Below, piece after piece: positions 30,379-40,768 of a stretch of DNA of 64,000 bases; positions within the stretch are counted from its first letter, which is position 1, and each line of letters begins with the position of its first letter. The stretch is from an uncultured Pseudomonadota bacterium (GTDB taxonomy: Bacteria > Pseudomonadota > Gammaproteobacteria > Ga0077536). Below the pieces are notes generated by a model. The model had not been told where the DNA came from. It saw only the letters and a program-made list of their open reading frames with translations, and did no database searches. The stretch is taken from assembly GCA_903825645.1 (NCBI GenBank), contig CAIKBL010000026.1, positions 17,371 through 81,370 of the forward strand, read 5' to 3'. The position numbers and the translations under genes are program-made.

Positions 30379-31515
30379 ATGAACCGTCGACAATGGCTAT
30401 GGCTACTGGGCGCTTGTGTCAGCGTAGGGGCACTCCCCTGCTGGCGTCGTTTCTTTTCTAGCAGAAGCGGTATTAATCCGATGGGATTCCTGCGCACTAC
30501 CGATCCCACGGACGGCTACGCGCACGCCGGTACTGACCAAAGATTTGAGTTCCCCAAGGATCATGGTCCCCACAATCACTTCCAGCATGAATGGTGGTAT
30601 TTCACTGGAAACCTTCGGGATCAAGTCGGACGCCCCTTTGGTTTTCAGTTGACGTTCTTTCGCTTCGCCTTGTCGCCCGAGAAAATAAATTCCTCATCGG
30701 CTTGGGCGACACAGGATGCCATGCTCGGGCATTTCGCCGTCAGCGATATCGAAGGGGGCCATTTTCATGCCTATCAGCGCACGGGCCGTCCAGTCCTTGG
30801 CATAGCGGGCATGTCAGCAGACCCGGCGCGCGTTTGGATTCGCGACTGGCAGGCGCGCTTCCAGCCACAGAGAACTGCCGGTTGGCAGCTAGAAGCTTGC
30901 CATCACAACACGCAGCTCCACCTGGACGCTGTAAGCCACAAAGCAATTGTCCTTCAGGGTCAGAACGGATTCTCACGAAAGGGACCCGGTAACGATAATG
31001 CGTCCTATTACTATTCCATGCCCCGGCTACAGGTTGCCGGCAATCTGGTGCTTGAAGGAAAGCCTTTTCCCGTCTCGGGACAAGCGTGGATGGATCACGA
31101 ATGGGGCACCACCACTTTGTCGGCAGACACGGTTGGATGGGACTGGTTCGGATTGCAGTTATCTGACGGCTGCGAGCTGACGATTTACCTGCTCCGACGC
31201 GAGGACGGATCGTACACGCCCTTCAGTGCCGGCACCTGGACTAACTCCGAGGGGATTAGCATCCCGCTCTGCGCTACGGATTTCATGCTCAGCGTGACGG
31301 GCCACTGGCGCAGCTCATCGACACACGTTCGCTATCCTGCCGGCTGGACCTTAACCGTGACCTCGCTCGGGGTTTCGCTTTCGATTCTCCCTCGACTGGC
31401 CGGGCAAGAATGGCATAGCCCTATTCGTTATTGGGAAGGCGCAGTGGCTATCACAGGGACACGCGCGGGCAATCAACTCGATGGCATAGGCTACGTTGAG
31501 TTGACCGGTTACTGA
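30379..31515 (+). CDS. AttH/CrtC-like lipocalin-fold secreted protein
   Basis: FPKDHGPH...EWWYFTGNL, SYYYSMP, WMDHEW, GWDWFGLQL, YWEG, GYVELTGY; N-terminal NRRQWL. Confidence 0.85.
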   Translation: MNRRQWLWLLGACVSVGALPCWRRFFSSRSGINPMGFLRTTDPTDGYAHAGTDQRFEFPKDHGPHNHFQHEWWYFTGNLRDQVGRPFGFQLTFFRFALSPEKINSSSAWATQDAMLGHFAVSDIEGGHFHAYQRTGRPVLGIAGMSADPARVWIRDWQARFQPQRTAGWQLEACHHNTQLHLDAVSHKAIVLQGQNGFSRKGPGNDNASYYYSMPRLQVAGNLVLEGKPFPVSGQAWMDHEWGTTTLSADTVGWDWFGLQLSDGCELTIYLLRREDGSYTPFSAGTWTNSEGISIPLCATDFMLSVTGHWRSSSTHVRYPAGWTLTVTSLGVSLSILPRLAGQEWHSPIRYWEGAVAITGTRAGNQLDGIGYVELTGY

Positions 31516-31533
31516 GTCTCAAATAGCGAGCCT

Positions 31534-32913
31534 CTAACGGCCAGCAATCGTGTAGCACGGCGTGTAGCCATGGCCCTCGAGACGCATCCGCCCTTCCGCG
31601 ACGAACTCGCGCAGCAACGTATCCATGGCCTGCATCAGCACGGGCTCTGCGTGCAGCTGATAGGGTCCCAACATCTCGACCGCGTGGATCCCCTCTTCCT
31701 TTATATTGCCGTTGACCAGACCTGAAAACGCCCGCCGAAGATTGCTGGCTAGCTGATGTGGCGGGAGATCTCGTGTCAATTCCAAAGCGGCCATTTCTTG
31801 GTGGGTCGCCCGAAAAGGAACCTGGAAGGCCTGGTCTACCCGCAATAACCAATTGAAGTAGGCCGCATCATCGTTGGTGTCCCGAAACCGCAGCACCCCA
31901 GCGATTGCCTGTTTCGTCTTTGTGGCCACTCGAGCAGGATCGCCAAGGATTATTTCATAACGTGCTCTGAAGCCAACACCGAATACCGCACAAATAAACT
32001 GATCGAGGCGATGAAAGTAATGGGCGCTCTCCGCGGGCCCCGTCAGAATCAGCGGAAAGGGAATTTCCGCGTTATCCGGATGTGCCAATACACCCAGTAA
32101 ATAAAGCAGCTCCTCGACCGTTCCGACGCCGCCCGGGAAAATGACCATGCCGTGACCGAGTCGGCTGAACGCCTCCAACCGTTTCTCGATGTCCGGCATG
32201 ATGACGAGCTCATTCACAATAGGGTTAGGCGCCTCGGCGGCGATAATGCCGGGCTCCGTGATTCCAATGTATCGCCCCGCTTTGACGCGCTGTTTGGCAT
32301 GCGCAATGGTCGCGCCTTTCATCGGACCCTTCATGGCCCCTGGGCCACAGCCCGTACAGATATCCAATCCCCGTAAGCCGAGCTCGTAACCGACTTCTTT
32401 ACAGTAGTCATATTCCGATCGGCTGATGGAATGGCCCCCCCAACAGACCGCGACCGCCGACCGATCGCCGGATCGAAACAACCCGGCCTGGCGGAGCAAA
32501 TGGAAAACCGCGTCAGTCGTGCCTGCAGGCGTGGTGAGGTCAAACCGGCTGCCCGGTCTAATTTCACGTGACAGATAGGAAATATCTCTTAAGACGGCGA
32601 AGAGGTTCTGCTGAACCCCCCGAATCATCACCCCATCAACGAAAGCTCGCGCAGGTGCGTGTCTCAAATGCAATCGAATACCACGTTCAACTTGTTCTAA
32701 TTCGACCTCAAAGTCGGCGTATTCCCGAAACATCGCACGCGCATCATCGGTTTCCACACCACTCGACATCACCGCCAAGGCGCAGCGCCGAAATAAATCC
32801 GCGAGACCACTCGAGCGCACCTGACATAAATCGTTGACTTCCACCTGCGACAAGATCGATAGGGCGCTGTCCGGAATAACCAGCGCGTGCGGGATCGTGA
32901 CACTCATAGGCAC
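31534..32913 (-). CDS. ppnN: Nucleotide 5'-monophosphate nucleosidase PpnN (LOG family)
   Basis: VCWGGHSI, CTGCGPGAMKGPMKGA, EPPN-like AEAPNPIVN, PDIEKRLEAF, PGGVGTVEE. Confidence 0.92.
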   Translation of the reverse strand: MPMSVTIPHALVIPDSALSILSQVEVNDLCQVRSSGLADLFRRCALAVMSSGVETDDARAMFREYADFEVELEQVERGIRLHLRHAPARAFVDGVMIRGVQQNLFAVLRDISYLSREIRPGSRFDLTTPAGTTDAVFHLLRQAGLFRSGDRSAVAVCWGGHSISRSEYDYCKEVGYELGLRGLDICTGCGPGAMKGPMKGATIAHAKQRVKAGRYIGITEPGIIAAEAPNPIVNELVIMPDIEKRLEAFSRLGHGMVIFPGGVGTVEELLYLLGVLAHPDNAEIPFPLILTGPAESAHYFHRLDQFICAVFGVGFRARYEIILGDPARVATKTKQAIAGVLRFRDTNDDAAYFNWLLRVDQAFQVPFRATHQEMAALELTRDLPPHQLASNLRRAFSGLVNGNIKEEGIHAVEMLGPYQLHAEPVLMQAMDTLLREFVAEGRMRLEGHGYTPCYTIAGR

Positions 32914-32968
32914 ACACGTCGGTTGTCAGTTTTGTTCATTTGATTGGACCACTTGTTACATCAGATAC

Positions 32969-33014
32969 TTGAAGTTCAATCTGAAGTTAATATAATTATG
33001 CTGATAAAGATCAG
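32969..33014 (+). promoter_or_regulatory. Putative sigma70 promoter with downstream palindromic operator
   Basis: TTGAAG-N16-TATAAT (32969-32996), then CTGAT-AAAG-ATCAG (33001-33014), in an AT-rich intergenic region. Confidence 0.45.
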
Positions 33015-33096
33015 GTTATTAAGGTTTTATCGTCACAAACAATGTCAGATAAAAACGATAACTGTCTATAAAAGAACTCAGCAGGAGTTTGAACCG

Positions 33097-33339
33097 ATGG
33101 TATCTAATACTACTTCTCAGGGTTGGAACGATTTAGTTGATGAACTCAAGCAGTTAGAAACTTTTTTTCCATTACTCGGCATGAACGGTGAGCGAGATGA
33201 ATTGCAGGAAGAAGTAGAAGAGCTCGAAGACCTGATTGCTGCCGCGGGGATCCCTGACGATGAACATTCCCAGCGCGCACTGATGTACCTGCGCGCCGAG
33301 CTGTCCAAAAAACGCGGTTATTTGAGCAAGCTGCTGTAA
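33097..33339 (+). CDS. Small acidic hypothetical protein (80 aa)
   Basis: AGGAG 9 nt before the ATG; helical, Glu/Asp-rich composition; fills the gap between ppnN and galU. Confidence 0.7.
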   Translation: MVSNTTSQGWNDLVDELKQLETFFPLLGMNGERDELQEEVEELEDLIAAAGIPDDEHSQRALMYLRAELSKKRGYLSKLL

Positions 33340-33488
33340 TCAATCGCCTGCCCCTTACCACGATGGGCCCCACCGGCGGGGGAAACCGGTTGGCTTCGGA
33401 TCAGTGCAACGGTCGCGCCGGGCATTAGAAATGCAATCCAGGTTCCAATAGCGAATAGCTGCCGGTCCTGATCGCTGTTCGATGCTCG

Positions 33489-34373
33489 TCACGCCAACCC
33501 TGCCGCCTTCGCACGCAGGAGCGTCCCAAAACTTTTGGCGAGTTCCGGATGTTTGAGCGCGTAATCGAGCGTCGCCTCCAGATAGCCCAGCTTGGAGCCA
33601 CAGTCATATCGCCGCCCTTCAAACTCGTAAGCAAGAACTTGTTGTCGTTCAAGTAACTTAGCGATACCGTCGGTCAGCTGAATTTCTCCACCCGCCCCCT
33701 TCTCCGTGCGTTCCAAAATTGAGATGATGTCACTAGGCAAGATGTAGCGTCCGACTACCGCGAGTGTAGAGGGCGAGACCGCGGGTTTTGGTTTTTCGAC
33801 AATGGTTTGTATTTTGGAGACCCGACCGTCGACCGCCCGGATTTCCACAATGCCGTACTTGTCTGTGTCTTCTGCCGGCACGGTTTGGACGGCGAGAACG
33901 CCCGTATTGTAGTGGTCAAACACATTGACCATCTGTTTTAGACAACCGTATGTTCCCCCATCAATCAAATCATCCGCCAGAATGACCGCAAAGGGCTCAT
34001 TGCCGATCGCAGGTTTGGCACACAATACCGCGTGGCCGAGCCCCAGTGGCTCCGCTTGGCGGATATAGGTACAAGAAACATGGCGCGGCAGGATATTGCG
34101 AATCATATCCAGCATTGCCGTCTTATGGCCTTTCTCTAGCTCAGCCTCAAGTTCATAGGCCTTGTCGAAATGGTCTTCTATAGCACGCTTGGTGCGACCT
34201 GTGACAAAAATAAGCTCTTCGATGCCGGCCTCGACAGCCTCTTCAGCGGCATACTGAATAAGCGGCTTGTCGACTACCGGTAACATTTCCTTCGGATTTG
34301 CCTTCGTGGCGGGCAGGAATCGCGTCCCCATACCTGCGACCGGAAACACCGCCTTACGTACGCGTAAGCTCAT
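33489..34373 (-). CDS. galU: UTP--glucose-1-phosphate uridylyltransferase
   Basis: [42 protein letters not shown]. Confidence 0.97.
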   Translation of the reverse strand: MSLRVRKAVFPVAGMGTRFLPATKANPKEMLPVVDKPLIQYAAEEAVEAGIEELIFVTGRTKRAIEDHFDKAYELEAELEKGHKTAMLDMIRNILPRHVSCTYIRQAEPLGLGHAVLCAKPAIGNEPFAVILADDLIDGGTYGCLKQMVNVFDHYNTGVLAVQTVPAEDTDKYGIVEIRAVDGRVSKIQTIVEKPKPAVSPSTLAVVGRYILPSDIISILERTEKGAGGEIQLTDGIAKLLERQQVLAYEFEGRRYDCGSKLGYLEATLDYALKHPELAKSFGTLLRAKAAGLA

Positions 34374-36250
34374 ACATTACCTCTTCTGAACGGAAGTACC
34401 GTTATCGTGGGGGAGCCCGGAAACTCAACGGGAGTCAAAAAGCCAGGAACTGCAAGACGTAAAAGCTGGGCGAAATGTTCATCGCTGTCGAAACGTGCGC
34501 AGGCTTGTTCAAGCCGGGCAACGATGTCGTCTACCTTATCCGCATCGACTGCTGCATGCACAGCCTGCAATACTTTGCTGTGACTGGTTGCGGTCAGCGT
34601 CTCGTCGCCGTAGAAGAGCTCTTCGTTTAATTTTTCACCAGGCCTTAGCCCCGTATAGATGATTTTAATTTCTTCACCCGGGACACGTCCCGCGAGTCGA
34701 ATCATCTGTCCGGCAAGGGTGGCGATATTAACCGGCTCTCCCATCTCCAGCACAAAAATCTCGCCCCCTGTTCCGATCGCCGCGGCTTCCAAGATTAATT
34801 GTGATGCCTCCGGGATAGTCATGAAATAGCGGGTCGCTTCGGGATGTGTTACCGTGACCGGGCCGCCCGCACGGATCTGCGCATCAAATAGCGGCACCAC
34901 ACTACCGGCAGATCCCAGCACATTCCCAAATCGTACGGTAATAAAGCGTGTCGTCGAACGTGCGTCAGCGATCTCGCAGATCAGCTCTGCGACGCGCTTA
35001 GTCGCCCCCATGGCGCTGCTCGGATGCACCGCCTTGTCGGTCGAGATCAGCACCATGCGCTCTACTTGGTAACGTTGGGCGCATTCCGCGACAATTTGCG
35101 TCCCTAACACGTTATTTTTGACCCCTTCGCGAATTTGTTGTTCCACAATGGGCACGTGCTTGTACGCTGCGGCATGAAACACGATCTGCGGACGTTCCCG
35201 CGCGAACAGGTGATCGATAGCCGCCCGATCACAGACATCCCCAAGGAAAAACCCGAAGGCAAGATGAGGGTGGGCTTTCCGGAGCTCTCGCTCCAGCAGA
35301 TAGAGCCCATGCTCATGCTGCTCCACCACGAGAAGACGACGGACCCCGAGACGCGCTACCTGCCGACAGAGTTCCGATCCAATCGATCCGCCACCCCCTG
35401 TCACCAGAACGGTCTTACCCGCCAAATTGCGCTGAATGACGGCCCAATCGAGTTCGACTGTTGAGCGCCCGAGCAGATCTTCAACCGCAACCGGTCGAAT
35501 TTCTCCAAGCCCCCACTGGCCAGAAACCAAGTCCTGCAAGCGCGGCAACGTCCGGTAGGAGCAGCCCGAGCGGACACACGTCTCGACAATACGTTGCATC
35601 TCAAGGTTGTTCGCAGAAGGCACGGCGATGACCACTAAGTCGATCCGGTAACGGGCGGCAAGCTCGGGCAAGGCGACGACCGGTCCCAACACCGGGACCC
35701 CATGGATTCGCCGCTTCAGGAGTTCGGGGCGATCATCCACGAGTCCCACCGGCAGATAACTGGCATCGCGGAGCATGTCGCGCAGCAGCGCTTCTCCGCC
35801 TTCGCCGGCGCCCACGATTAACACGCGGGTCCCTTGGGCAATCTGCCGCAGATTGAGCGAGCGATCTTTGAACATACGGTAGGACAAGCGGGGGGCACTC
35901 AACAGCAGCAGCAGAAATACTGGATAGAGGATCAGCATCGAGCGCGGGATGTCGACAAGTCGATTCAGAAAAAATAACGCGAGCGCTACAAACACGGCGC
36001 CTAAAACGGCGCTACGGACGATATTCCACAGATCCTGCAGACTGGCGAAACGCCAAAGACCCCGATACAGCCCGAAACGCCAGAGTAACAACGTCTGCAC
36101 CACCGCGACGATTGGCAGGGCAGTCAAGCCGCTGTCGAGAAATTGCAGCGGCGGAATTTCAAAATTGAACCGGGCGAGGAGCGCCAGACACCAGGCCAAC
36201 ACGACCATCCCAAGGTCATGCATAATCACTACACTCCGGGAACCTCTCAT
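34370..36250 (-). CDS. Membrane UDP-GlcNAc 4,6-dehydratase (WbpM/PglF/CapD type)
   Basis: N-terminal TMs, [24 protein letters not shown]...[17 protein letters not shown] overlap with the upstream gene. Confidence 0.9.
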   Translation of the reverse strand: MRGSRSVVIMHDLGMVVLAWCLALLARFNFEIPPLQFLDSGLTALPIVAVVQTLLLWRFGLYRGLWRFASLQDLWNIVRSAVLGAVFVALALFFLNRLVDIPRSMLILYPVFLLLLLSAPRLSYRMFKDRSLNLRQIAQGTRVLIVGAGEGGEALLRDMLRDASYLPVGLVDDRPELLKRRIHGVPVLGPVVALPELAARYRIDLVVIAVPSANNLEMQRIVETCVRSGCSYRTLPRLQDLVSGQWGLGEIRPVAVEDLLGRSTVELDWAVIQRNLAGKTVLVTGGGGSIGSELCRQVARLGVRRLLVVEQHEHGLYLLERELRKAHPHLAFGFFLGDVCDRAAIDHLFARERPQIVFHAAAYKHVPIVEQQIREGVKNNVLGTQIVAECAQRYQVERMVLISTDKAVHPSSAMGATKRVAELICEIADARSTTRFITVRFGNVLGSAGSVVPLFDAQIRAGGPVTVTHPEATRYFMTIPEASQLILEAAAIGTGGEIFVLEMGEPVNIATLAGQMIRLAGRVPGEEIKIIYTGLRPGEKLNEELFYGDETLTATSHSKVLQAVHAAVDADKVDDIVARLEQACARFDSDEHFAQLLRLAVPGFLTPVEFPGSPTITVLPFRRGNV

Positions 36251-37257
36251 GGCATGACTCGAAGACGGGCGCGAACGATGCGCCCCCATATCGTACCAAG
36301 GAACCCATAGCAGAGCAGCACGCACAGAAAGGCGCTATCAGGGTAGCGCACAGAAAGCATCGCGAGCGGCACGCAGAAAATCCCCCACACAGTGATGAAC
36401 CCGCGCACTATCTGCGGGTGCGACCAACCGGTCTGCGCCAGTAACTGGTAGGCATGTGTCCGATGTGCAACCAACCATCGCTCGCCCCCTCGCATACGGC
36501 GTAGGAGTGTCAACGTCGCATCGACAACAAAGGGGCCCAAAAGAATGCACCAGAACCAGGGTGGACTGCCCAAACTGAATGTGGTCACCGCTAAGACCGC
36601 AAATTTACCTCCAAGGAAGTAGCTGCCCACATCACCCAGAAAAATTCGCGCCGGGGGCCAGTTCCAACGCAAAAACCCCACGCTGCATGCGGCCAGTAGC
36701 CAAGCGGACCAAGCGACGCTGGACAGGCCTAGCCGATACGCAAGCCACGCGCCCACCCCGGCGGCGCAGATGGATTGGGTCGCCGCCAACCCATCGCTAC
36801 CGTCCATGAAATTGTAGAGATTGATGATCCAGACCATCGACACACTGAGAGCAATTACCCGCAGGATCGCCCAAACCTCGGGCGACGCCGCGAGCACCCA
36901 TCCCGTCCAGACTACGCATACCGCGACTTGCACACCAAACCGCGTGGCGGCGGACAGCGATTTCAAATCATCTCGCATCCCCAGCAGCGCGAGGATACCG
37001 GTTGCAAGCCAGCTGGCGACACCGATTCGAAACGGCAACACGCCGAGGACTAAAAAGCCGCCTTCGAGCAAGAGAACACTCAACGCAATCGCCAGTCCGC
37101 CTCCTCGCGGGGTAGGTACGGCGTGAAGGCTGCGCGCATTGGGGCGATCGATCACGGCCCGTGAAATCGCCCAACGCCGGACAAGCGCCGTCAGACGCCA
37201 TGTCACACCAGCACCCAGAAGCGCGAGAAAAACGACCGCGAACGCTGCTACGTTCAT
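36247..37257 (-). CDS. MraY/WecA-family initiating HexNAc-1-P transferase (WbpL-like)
   Basis: RSLHAVPTPRGGGLAI, NLYNFMDGSDG, IFLGDVG, HRTHAYQ. Confidence 0.88.
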   Translation of the reverse strand: MNVAAFAVVFLALLGAGVTWRLTALVRRWAISRAVIDRPNARSLHAVPTPRGGGLAIALSVLLLEGGFLVLGVLPFRIGVASWLATGILALLGMRDDLKSLSAATRFGVQVAVCVVWTGWVLAASPEVWAILRVIALSVSMVWIINLYNFMDGSDGLAATQSICAAGVGAWLAYRLGLSSVAWSAWLLAACSVGFLRWNWPPARIFLGDVGSYFLGGKFAVLAVTTFSLGSPPWFWCILLGPFVVDATLTLLRRMRGGERWLVAHRTHAYQLLAQTGWSHPQIVRGFITVWGIFCVPLAMLSVRYPDSAFLCVLLCYGFLGTIWGRIVRARLRVMP

Positions 37258-38243
37258 GGCGATCTCTCTGCCCTGAATTGCGCGCCGATCACCTGCCACG
37301 CCACGTCCGGATCAAGCGTTGGCTGCCACTGCAAAGCCTGTCGGATGGCCACGCTGTCCATCACAAACGACTCGGTCAGCCGGCTAATTGCCGCTTGTCG
37401 GCCCGACAGCCAACCCAACAGTTTGAGACCGGGTACGGGGAACCAAAACAGGCGAGCGCGCACGCCCAGCCCACGGGCCATCATCGTAATCAGCGCCGGC
37501 GTGGAGATCTCCAAATCGGACAATGTAAACACCCGCTGGCCCATTGCTTGCTGCGCCAAGGCACACATCACGATCTCTATCAGATGTTGCCGGTGAATCA
37601 GGCTGCGCTGATTCCGGATCGCCGCAAACGGTAGCGGCGCCCCTCGCAGCACCACCCGCAAGAGACTACCGAGATTACCGCCGACCCCGGGGCCGTAGAC
37701 CAAGGGGGGGCGCAGGATCGTCAACTGCACGCGCCCAATTTCGCAGCCTGCTTGCAGGATCTGTTCAGCCGCCAGTTTTGACTCTCCATAGGGACCGCGC
37801 GGCGCGGGCACGGTATCAGTCGCGAAGGGAATAATCTGCCCGACGTCATCAAGCTCGGAGCGCTCACCAAAAACCTTACTCGAGCTCATGAAGATGACGT
37901 GGGGCACCCCAACCGCGGTCGCGCCGGCCAACATCGACCGGGTGAGCTCGACGTTAGCCTGCCAGAACGCCGATCGCGCACGGGTATCCCCCCCCTCGCC
38001 CTGATGTGCGCGTCCTGCCAGGTGGATGACTGCGTCCGCCCCTAACATCGCCGCCCGCCAGGTCTCTGCATCGGTGCGCTCACCAAGCCGTACCACACGC
38101 GTACACGACGCCGGTGCCGGCACACCGCCGCGTACGACACCCGTGACTTCGTCACCACGCGACGCTAGCGTCGCGCACAGTGCCCGCCCGATGAAGCCGT
38201 TCGCGCCCGTGACTACAAGCCGCATCGTGTCACGCACCGACAC
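37254..38243 (-). CDS. NAD-dependent epimerase/4-reductase (WbpK/WbpV-like)
   Basis: VTGANGFIG, HLAGRAH, YGESK, RPPLVYGPG. Confidence 0.85.
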   Translation of the reverse strand: MSVRDTMRLVVTGANGFIGRALCATLASRGDEVTGVVRGGVPAPASCTRVVRLGERTDAETWRAAMLGADAVIHLAGRAHQGEGGDTRARSAFWQANVELTRSMLAGATAVGVPHVIFMSSSKVFGERSELDDVGQIIPFATDTVPAPRGPYGESKLAAEQILQAGCEIGRVQLTILRPPLVYGPGVGGNLGSLLRVVLRGAPLPFAAIRNQRSLIHRQHLIEIVMCALAQQAMGQRVFTLSDLEISTPALITMMARGLGVRARLFWFPVPGLKLLGWLSGRQAAISRLTESFVMDSVAIRQALQWQPTLDPDVAWQVIGAQFRAERSP

Positions 38244-39378
38244 CCGGTGCCGTCAACATTTGGTGATAAAGCCTGAGCGTCTGCTTATGGATAATGTGCG
38301 ACGCGAATTCCTGGGCGACCACCTCTGCCGCCCGCTGGCCATAACGCACGGCCCGCGGACGATCAGTAATCAACGTGCAGATGGCGCTTGCCAGTGCCTC
38401 TGCATCCCGGGGCGGCACCAGAAGACCGGTCTCACCCGCTCGGCAAATCTCCCGACAACCGGGCACATCCGTGGCGACTAAGGGACGACCGCTAGCCGCG
38501 GCCTCCAGCAACGTCTTCGGGAAGCCCTCCCGATACGAAGGGAGGCAGACTACCGTCGCGCGCGCATACATGTCCGGCATATCATCGTGGTGTCCCCACC
38601 ACTCAAGTGCACCCGCTGAACATAATTGCGTCAACGCATCTGCCGTCAGGCCTGCGGGATTGTCCCGATCGGCACCACCCACCAGCACACACCGAGCCGC
38701 CACGCCGAGGAGCCGCAGACGATTCGCCGCCGCCGCGAACTCAAGGATCCCTTTTTCTCGCTGCATCCGGGCGGCCAGGATCACCAGGGGACGCTCATCA
38801 ACCGGCAAGGGCGTCATGGGAAAACACACGAGGTCCACGCCCGCACCTGGAATAAGAACCGTCCGCATGGGCACGACCAGACCTAGCCCCGCTAACAGGG
38901 CACGATCATCTTTGTTCTGCAGCAAAAGCCAGGCATGCGGGCGAGAAAACAACCAGCGTAACATCGGCAGAATCAACGCCCGCAGGAACCTTGCGCGCCT
39001 GCGTTTCGAAATAAAAAGGTGGCCGAGACCGGTCACTGCGTGGCAAAAAGGCACGGCTGGAAACCGTGCGCATGCCAGCATACTGAGCAGGATAGGTTTG
39101 AGCGCGACCGTGTGCACCAGTTGAGGCGAGAGATCGGCGATAAGCGCGGCAACCCGCCACATCAGTTTGATTTCTACCCAGGGATTGTGCAGCGACCGTT
39201 CAAAAGGGAGTTCGATGCAGCGCACACCCAGCGCTTCAATTCTCGCGCGATGGGCCGTAAAGCGGGTGCCCAGCACCACGTCATAACCTGCAGCGAGCGC
39301 AGCGCTTGCCAGATCCGCCCGATGCGACCAGAAATACCAGTCTTCTGTTACTAGGAAGAGGACGATCGGCCGGGTCAA
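38230..39378 (-). CDS. Glycosyltransferase family 4
   Basis: TEDWYFWSHR, EKGILEF, PSYREGFPKTLLEAAASG. TTG start. Confidence 0.9.
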   Translation of the reverse strand: MTRPIVLFLVTEDWYFWSHRADLASAALAAGYDVVLGTRFTAHRARIEALGVRCIELPFERSLHNPWVEIKLMWRVAALIADLSPQLVHTVALKPILLSMLACARFPAVPFCHAVTGLGHLFISKRRRARFLRALILPMLRWLFSRPHAWLLLQNKDDRALLAGLGLVVPMRTVLIPGAGVDLVCFPMTPLPVDERPLVILAARMQREKGILEFAAAANRLRLLGVAARCVLVGGADRDNPAGLTADALTQLCSAGALEWWGHHDDMPDMYARATVVCLPSYREGFPKTLLEAAASGRPLVATDVPGCREICRAGETGLLVPPRDAEALASAICTLITDRPRAVRYGQRAAEVVAQEFASHIIHKQTLRLYHQMLTAPGVGA

Positions 39379-39459
39379 ATCACACCTGTGTACGGGTCAA
39401 GCCTTGACCCGACATTCTACTGGACTGGGCCCCATTCCGCAGAATCGCGACGTCGATTA

Positions 39460-40764
39460 CTAGCGCCCGATGCAGGAATACCGATATCCCTTAGCCTCGA
39501 CGACATCGCGCTCATAAACATTCCGCAGGTCGACCAGCACCGGCTCGTGCATGAGCCGTTTGGCCCGGTCAAGATCCATCCCGCGATAAAGATTCCATTC
39601 CGTCAGGAGAACCACCACATCAGCGTCCCGAAAGACTTCATACGGATCTGCCGTGTACTGCACCGTGCTCGGCAGGAGGCTTCGTGCCTCGTGCACACCC
39701 TGCGGATCATGGGCGTGAACCAACGCGCCGCGCTCGAGTAAAGCCGGCAGGATCGACAGCGCCGGCGCATCGCGCATGTCATCGGTCTCAGGTTTGAAAG
39801 TCAGCCCCAATACGCCAATCGTTTTACCGGCTTCGTTACCACCGAGTGCATCGCGAATTTTCTTAATCATACGGGCCTTTTGCGCCGCGTTGACTTCAAT
39901 CACCGACTCTACGATCCGACTCGAGACACCATGCTCTTGGGCGATCCGAACCAGCGCTTGGGTATCTTTCGGAAAACAAGAGCCGCCGTACCCTGGCCCG
40001 ACATGCAAAAACTTGCCGCCGATTCTTTTGTCCATTCCCATACCCTTCGCAACGGCGTGGACATCCGCGCCCACGGCCTCACAGAGCATAGATATCTCGT
40101 TGATAAAACTTATCTTCGTTGCCAAAAAGGCGTTTGCCGCGTATTTAATCAATTCGGCACTTTCAAGACCCGTCACAACGATAGGGGTCTCGATCAGATT
40201 GAGCGGCCGATAGAGCTCGCGCAGCAATTTCTCTGCCGGTACGCTCTCCACGCCAAGAACAACACGATCGGGCCGCATAAAGTCCGAAATCGCTGCCCCC
40301 TCACGCAAAAATTCTGGGTTCGACGCCACATCGAACTGCGCCTCGGGATTCGTTTCACGGATAATTCTTGCCACATTACGGGCGGTGCCGACGGGTACCG
40401 TCGACTTATCCACGATGACGGTGTAACCGCGCAGCTCCACTGCCAGCTGACGCGCGGCTGCGTAGACGTAGGACAAGTCGGCAAACCCATCGCCGCGGCG
40501 GCTGGGTGTCCCGACTGCGATAAAGACAAGGTCCGCCTCGCCGACGACCTTGCTCAGATCTGTTGTAAAATTAAGGCGTCGCTCCCGGACGTTCTTGGCG
40601 ACTAGGGCGTCTAAGCCTGGCTCATAGATGGGAATTTCATTTGCCCGCAGACGCGCCACTTTTTCATGGTCGACATCAACGCAGGTCACGTCTGCACCAA
40701 ACTCGGCAAAACAAGCGCCGGAGACAAGCCCCACATAGCCTGTTCCAATCATGACGACGCGCAT
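39460..40764 (-). CDS. ugd: UDP-glucose 6-dehydrogenase
   Basis: GTGYVGLVSG, SNPEFLREG, KYAAN, GYGGSCFPKD, FKPETDDMR. Confidence 0.92.
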   Translation of the reverse strand: MRVVMIGTGYVGLVSGACFAEFGADVTCVDVDHEKVARLRANEIPIYEPGLDALVAKNVRERRLNFTTDLSKVVGEADLVFIAVGTPSRRGDGFADLSYVYAAARQLAVELRGYTVIVDKSTVPVGTARNVARIIRETNPEAQFDVASNPEFLREGAAISDFMRPDRVVLGVESVPAEKLLRELYRPLNLIETPIVVTGLESAELIKYAANAFLATKISFINEISMLCEAVGADVHAVAKGMGMDKRIGGKFLHVGPGYGGSCFPKDTQALVRIAQEHGVSSRIVESVIEVNAAQKARMIKKIRDALGGNEAGKTIGVLGLTFKPETDDMRDAPALSILPALLERGALVHAHDPQGVHEARSLLPSTVQYTADPYEVFRDADVVVLLTEWNLYRGMDLDRAKRLMHEPVLVDLRNVYERDVVEAKGYRYSCIGR

Positions 40765-40768
40765 TTAG

